A stretch of 64,000 bases of DNA from assembly GCA_043822705.1 (NCBI GenBank), contig JBDRBK010000060.1, forward strand, positions 1 to 64,000, in the 5' to 3' direction. Made by a program: the position numbers and the translations under genes. Within the stretch, counting starts at the first letter, position 1; each line of letters starts with the position of its first letter. Under the pieces are notes generated by a model that was not told the DNA's origin, made no database searches, and saw only the letters and a list, made by a program, of their open reading frames with translations. The stretch is from Fidelibacterota bacterium. Lineage in GTDB: Bacteria > Fidelibacterota > Marinisomatia > Marinisomatales > TCS56. Shown in pieces: positions 59,618 through 64,000 of the stretch.

Positions 59618-61077
59618 TGGAACACATCCCAATGGAAAAAATATTGATTATTGACAAGAGCGCGTCGGGCAGAGTGGGGATCAACCTGCCGCCGGTCGAT
59701 GTGCCCGAGACCGATCCGACCACGATCTTCGCCGATCGCTATTTCCGCCGGAGCGAACCGCGTCTGCCGGAAGTCAGCGAACCGGAAGTGGCCCGCCATT
59801 ATATCGGTTTATCGACCAAGAACCACCACGTGGACAAGGATTTCTATCCGCTGGGTTCGTGTACGATGAAGTACAATCCCAAGATCAACGATGCGGTGGC
59901 GGCGCTGCCGGGTTTTGCCGGCATTCACCCGGCCCAGCCCGAGGAAACCGTCCAGGGTGCCCTGCAACTGCTGTGGGAACTGGAGCAGCAGTTGAAAGCC
60001 GTCACCGGCATGAGCCGTTTCACGTTGCAGCCCAGTGCCGGCGCCCAGGGCGAGCTGGTGGGCGTTTTTATTATGAAAAAATATCACGAGAAACGGGGAA
60101 ATTCCGGCAAGACCCACATCCTGATTCCCGACAGCGCCCACGGCACCAATCCCGCCAGCGTCGCTATCGGCGGCTTTCAGACCCGTCAGGTCAAGTCCGG
60201 ACCCGACGGCCTGGTGGATATCGAAGATTTGAAAGCCAATCTGGACGATTCGGTGGCCGGGATGATGCTGACCCAGCCCAACACCCTGGGTCTGTTCGAA
60301 AGCAATATTTGTGAAATTACCGAATTGATCCATTCCGTGGACGGCCTGATGTACATGGACGGTGCCAACCTGAATGCTCTGATCGGCATCGTCCGGCCGC
60401 TGGACATGGGCTTCGATATCGTCCACATCAACCTGCACAAAACTTTTTCGACGCCGCACGGCGGCGGCGGTCCGGGGGCGGGTCCGATCGGCGTCGTGGA
60501 ACAACTGGTGCCCTACCTGCCCGTGCCGCGGGTGGAAAAATCCGGGGCGGATTACCGGTTGAATTATGACGGTCCGGATTCCCTGGGTCGGATTCACGGT
60601 TTTTACGGCAACTTCGGCGTGCTGGTGCGGGCCTACACTTTCATCAAATCGATGGGCGAAAAAGGCCTGCGCGACATGACCCGCAACGCCATCGTCAACG
60701 CCAATTATCTGATGCGCTGCCTGAATGGCAAATACGAGGTGGCCTATCCGGGTCATTGCATGCACGAATTCGTGATCACCGCCCGCGGCCAGAAGGAACG
60801 CGGCGGCCGGGCGCTGGATATCGCCAAACGGCTTCTGGACCATGGATTTCATGCGCCGACGATCTACTTCCCGATCAGCGTGCCGGAAGCGATGATGATC
60901 GAACCGACCGAATCCGAATCGCGGGAAACGCTGGACCGCTTCGCCGCCACCATGCTGGCCATCGATGAGGAAATCGACCGCGATCCCAATATTCTGCTGC
61001 AGGCACCGACGAAGACACCGGTCCGCCGCCTGGATGAAACCACCGCCAATCGCAACCCCAACCTGCGCTGGAGCTGA
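59617..61077 (+). CDS. gcvPB: Glycine dehydrogenase (decarboxylating) subunit 2
   Basis: YPLGSCTMKYNP, SAHGTNPAS, NLHKTFSTPHGGGGPG, EPTESE. Confidence 0.96.
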   Translation: MEHIPMEKILIIDKSASGRVGINLPPVDVPETDPTTIFADRYFRRSEPRLPEVSEPEVARHYIGLSTKNHHVDKDFYPLGSCTMKYNPKINDAVAALPGFAGIHPAQPEETVQGALQLLWELEQQLKAVTGMSRFTLQPSAGAQGELVGVFIMKKYHEKRGNSGKTHILIPDSAHGTNPASVAIGGFQTRQVKSGPDGLVDIEDLKANLDDSVAGMMLTQPNTLGLFESNICEITELIHSVDGLMYMDGANLNALIGIVRPLDMGFDIVHINLHKTFSTPHGGGGPGAGPIGVVEQLVPYLPVPRVEKSGADYRLNYDGPDSLGRIHGFYGNFGVLVRAYTFIKSMGEKGLRDMTRNAIVNANYLMRCLNGKYEVAYPGHCMHEFVITARGQKERGGRALDIAKRLLDHGFHAPTIYFPISVPEAMMIEPTESESRETLDRFAATMLAIDEEIDRDPNILLQAPTKTPVRRLDETTANRNPNLRWS

Positions 61078-61079
61078 AG

Positions 61080-61499
61080 ATGCAATACCGCAAAGCCGGC
61101 GACCGCTATTTCGTCTATATCCGGAAGAATGAACCGGTCCTGGAAACATTGACCGAATTTTGCATAGCCCATAATATCGACAACGGCCAGTTATCCGGCA
61201 TCGGCGCCCTCAAGGATATTGAAATCGGCGCCTTCGACCCGGACACCAAACAGTACACCCGTAAGCTGTACGCCGGCAACTATGAATTGATCGCCTGCCA
61301 GGGCAACATTACTTTACTCGATGGCAAGCCGTTCATCCATGCCCATGTTTCCCTGGGGGATCACGGCTTCAACCTGGTAGGGGGGCATTTGTTCGCCGGC
61401 CAGGTGGCGGTAGTGGGTGAATTCATTATCATTCCGCTGGCGGGTGACGCCCACCGTGAATTCGATCCGGAAATCGGTCTGTCGACCTGGCATTTTTGA
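61080..61499 (+). CDS. PPC domain (DUF296) protein
   Basis: GIGAL, E...CQGNI, HAHVSLG, GGHL. Confidence 0.88.
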   Translation: MQYRKAGDRYFVYIRKNEPVLETLTEFCIAHNIDNGQLSGIGALKDIEIGAFDPDTKQYTRKLYAGNYELIACQGNITLLDGKPFIHAHVSLGDHGFNLVGGHLFAGQVAVVGEFIIIPLAGDAHREFDPEIGLSTWHF

Positions 61500-61501
61500 A
61501 A

Positions 61502-61536
61502 TAGTAATAAGTGAGAAGTGATTAGTAATAAGTGAA
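61502..61536. repeat. Short heptamer tandem repeat
   Basis: tagtaat aagtgag aagtgat tagtaat aagtgaa. Confidence 0.6.
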
Positions 61537-61613
61537 GAGGGTCAAGCGGACTGTTGGATGATCCGGTGGCCGGTGTTAATATTTCCAGCAATTAAGCCTC
61601 AAGGGAGGGCAGA

Positions 61614-62003
61614 ATGGACAGAAAAGTAGTTCATACCGCGTTGGCGCCGGCGGCCATCGGACCTTACAGTCAGGGGATTGTTGCCAACGGATTTATCTTT
61701 TCGGCCGGCCAGATACCGCTGGACCCGGTAACCATGAAGCTGATCGACGGTGATTTCAAGCAGCGCGTGCAGCGTGTTTTGAAAAATCTCAATGCCGTGC
61801 TGGCGGCTGCCGGCTCCGATTTGTCGCAGGTGGTCAAATTCACTGTCTTTCTCACCGACCTTTCTCAGTTTGCCCAGGTGAATGAAGTATTCAACGAATG
61901 CTTTGCCGGCCTTGAACCGCCGGCCCGGTCGGCGGTGCAGGTGGCCGCCCTGCCGCTGGGAACCGATGTTGAAATCGAATGCATAGCTTTAGCGGAGAAT
62001 TAA
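61614..62003 (+). CDS. ridA: RidA family enamine/imine deaminase
   Basis: APAAIGPYSQG, AGQIP, PARSAVQV..LP, VEIE. Confidence 0.92.
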   Translation: MDRKVVHTALAPAAIGPYSQGIVANGFIFSAGQIPLDPVTMKLIDGDFKQRVQRVLKNLNAVLAAAGSDLSQVVKFTVFLTDLSQFAQVNEVFNECFAGLEPPARSAVQVAALPLGTDVEIECIALAEN

Positions 62004-62004
62004 T

Positions 62005-62919
62005 ATGAGCAAGAAAAAACGTTATCTGCTGATCGTTAATCCCGAAGCCGGCAGCCGCCGGACGATGCAGGCCCTGCCGGATATTGACCGGATCCTGCGG
62101 CAAAGAGAAATCGATTTCGAATTCCATTTTACCGATGAACCGGGCCATGCTACCGAGTTGGTCCGGGACTACAAGAACCGATTTGATGTCGTCGTGTCGG
62201 TCGGCGGCGACGGCACCATCAATGAAGTCATCAACGGCTTGCCGGACCTGGTGATTCCCTTCGGCATGATCCCGATCGGCACCGGCAATGATTTTGCCCG
62301 CAGTTGTTCGATCCCCCATGATTCGGTGGAAAAAGCGATCGATATTCTGCTGCAGCACGATGTAAAAACTATCGATGTGGGCGAGGTTAACGGACGCCGT
62401 TTCGTCAACGTTATGGGTCTGGGTTTCGAAGGCCGTGCCAACGAAGTCGGCCGCGCCGTGGAATTCATCAAGGGCGCCCCGCGCTACCTGGTCGCAATCG
62501 GCTACACTTATCTTTCCTACCGGCGCCTGCCGATCCGGATCAGCTTCAATAATCTGGTCCTTGATGATGATGTCTTCCTGCTGAGCATCGGCAACGGCTG
62601 GAATGTCGGCGGCGGACTGCAACTGACACCCAAGGCCAAACTGGACGACGGCGTTTTTGACATCTGTTATATCAAGAATATTTCCCGGCCGCGGATTCTG
62701 GCCGTGTTCGGCCGGCTGTATGACGGTACGATCGACACCGTCACCGAAGTGGACAGCTACCAGACCAGTCACCTGACGATCGAATCCGAAGCCCGGCTGC
62801 CGATTCATATCGACGGTGAAAAGCTGGAATACGAAGGCAATAAACTCGAGATTAAGGTTATCCCGGCCTGCCAGCCGGTGATTGGGAACTGGTCCGCCGA
62901 TAAACGCTTTGATGCGTAA
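62005..62919 (+). CDS. Diacylglycerol kinase family lipid kinase (YegS/DgkB-like)
   Basis: IVNPEAG, GGDGTINEV, PIGTGNDFAR, DGE. Confidence 0.92.
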   Translation: MSKKKRYLLIVNPEAGSRRTMQALPDIDRILRQREIDFEFHFTDEPGHATELVRDYKNRFDVVVSVGGDGTINEVINGLPDLVIPFGMIPIGTGNDFARSCSIPHDSVEKAIDILLQHDVKTIDVGEVNGRRFVNVMGLGFEGRANEVGRAVEFIKGAPRYLVAIGYTYLSYRRLPIRISFNNLVLDDDVFLLSIGNGWNVGGGLQLTPKAKLDDGVFDICYIKNISRPRILAVFGRLYDGTIDTVTEVDSYQTSHLTIESEARLPIHIDGEKLEYEGNKLEIKVIPACQPVIGNWSADKRFDA

Positions 62920-63334
62920 ATTCTCGCTGGTTTTACTGATCACCGGATTAATTGCCGTTGCAGCGGCAGCGGATTCAACTTTGGTCAGTTCACCCCGGAC
63001 GGCGGCCCGCTGGTCGTTTATCTGTCCGGGTGGCGGTCAGATTTACAATCGCAAGTACATCAAGGCGGGGATTCTTGTCGGCGCGGAAGCAGTAGCGCTT
63101 TGGCGATTTGCCGAAAACCGGCAAGCCTATGCCGATTACGCCAGCGGCGATTACTCTCTGGTGCGGCACCGCTATCTGGAAAAGCGCAACAAGTACGCCT
63201 GGTGGGTCGCGTTCATCTATTTTTACGGTGTCATCGACGCCGTAGTGGATGCGCACCTGGAACCGTTTGATGCCGTCATGCAGGAGAATTTGGAAATTAA
63301 CGAAACACCAATCAAACCAGACGAGACACCATGA
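62912..63334 (+). CDS. DUF5683-like membrane protein
   Basis: SPRTAA.WS...PGGGQIYN.KY.K, DAVVDAHL. Confidence 0.75.
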   Translation: MRKFSLVLLITGLIAVAAAADSTLVSSPRTAARWSFICPGGGQIYNRKYIKAGILVGAEAVALWRFAENRQAYADYASGDYSLVRHRYLEKRNKYAWWVAFIYFYGVIDAVVDAHLEPFDAVMQENLEINETPIKPDETP

Positions 63335-64000
63335 TTAATCAGCGGGAACACTGGGGCTCCAGGATCGGCTTCATCCTGGCGGCCACCGGTTCGGCCATCG
63401 GCCTGGGCAATATCTGGAAATTTCCATACATCGCCGGTGAAAATGGCGGTGCCGCCTTCATTTTTATTTACCTGATCTGCATTGCCATCATCGGGCTGCC
63501 GGTCCTGATCGCCGAGATTCTGCTGGGACGTACCACCCAGCGCAACCCGGTCGGCGCTTTCAAGGCGCTTTCCAGTTCCCGGGGCTGGATGGCAGTCGGC
63601 GGTATGGGTGTGGTCGCCGGATTCGTGATCCTGTCATTTTACAGCGTCGTGGCCGGCTGGTCGCTGGGCTACATTATCGAGGCCGGCAGCGGTGTTTTTG
63701 CCGGTTTCACCGATGCTACCGTCGCCGGCGCTCATTTTGCAGGACTGGTCGCCAGTCCCGGCTGGACGGTCGGTTTCCATGTGGTTTTTTTCCTGTTGAC
63801 GATGGGCGTGGTTTACGCCGGCGTTCAGAAAGGTATCGAACGCGGCAGCAAAATCATGATGCCGGTCCTGTTTGTAATTCTGCTGGTTCTGGTCATCCGC
63901 GGGCTGACCCTGCCGGGCGCCGAAGCCGGGATGGATTTCCTCTGGAACCCCGACTGGAGCAAGGTCACCGGTTCGGCCGTTCTGATCGCCCTGGGCCACG
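63331..64000 (+). CDS. Sodium-dependent transporter (NSS/SNF family), runs off the window end
   Basis: REHWGSRIGFILAATGSAIGLGNIWKFPY...ENGGAAF. Confidence 0.93.
   Translation, partial: MINQREHWGSRIGFILAATGSAIGLGNIWKFPYIAGENGGAAFIFIYLICIAIIGLPVLIAEILLGRTTQRNPVGAFKALSSSRGWMAVGGMGVVAGFVILSFYSVVAGWSLGYIIEAGSGVFAGFTDATVAGAHFAGLVASPGWTVGFHVVFFLLTMGVVYAGVQKGIERGSKIMMPVLFVILLVLVIRGLTLPGAEAGMDFLWNPDWSKVTGSAVLIALGH

Overview
A gene-dense, mostly GC-rich bacterial chromosomal window. It is probably from an FCB-group (Marinimicrobia-like) diderm; this is inferred from the TonB/DUF4249 genes, the FlgD/T9SS-like C-terminal domain and DUF5683, and is not proven. It runs from the 3' end of polA to a partial NSS-family transporter. 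Housekeeping and metabolic genes include acs, pepA, rmuC, a UvrD-nuclease fusion, an ECF sigma cluster, nfnAB, pntAAB-B, pip, alaS, gcvPB and ridA. I found no tRNA/rRNA, CRISPR array, integrase or transposase. The most interesting region is 4.1-13.4 kb. There a speD-like/speB/deoxyhypusine-synthase-like polyamine operon is divergently paired with a KamA radical-SAM aminomutase + two non-canonical Ddl-like ATP-grasp ligases + GNAT operon, a candidate pathway for an uncharacterised beta-amino-acid/polyamine conjugate. This is followed by a DUF2179 (PII-like) membrane protein, a small alarmone synthetase fused to a C-terminal HEPN-like RxxxxH domain, and a stand-alone CBS protein. Other signals are two promoter-proximal hairpin RNAs, an AT-rich patch inside alaS, two small genes likely to be overlooked, and several REP-like or heptamer repeat elements. 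All product calls come from motif recognition by eye, without database searches.
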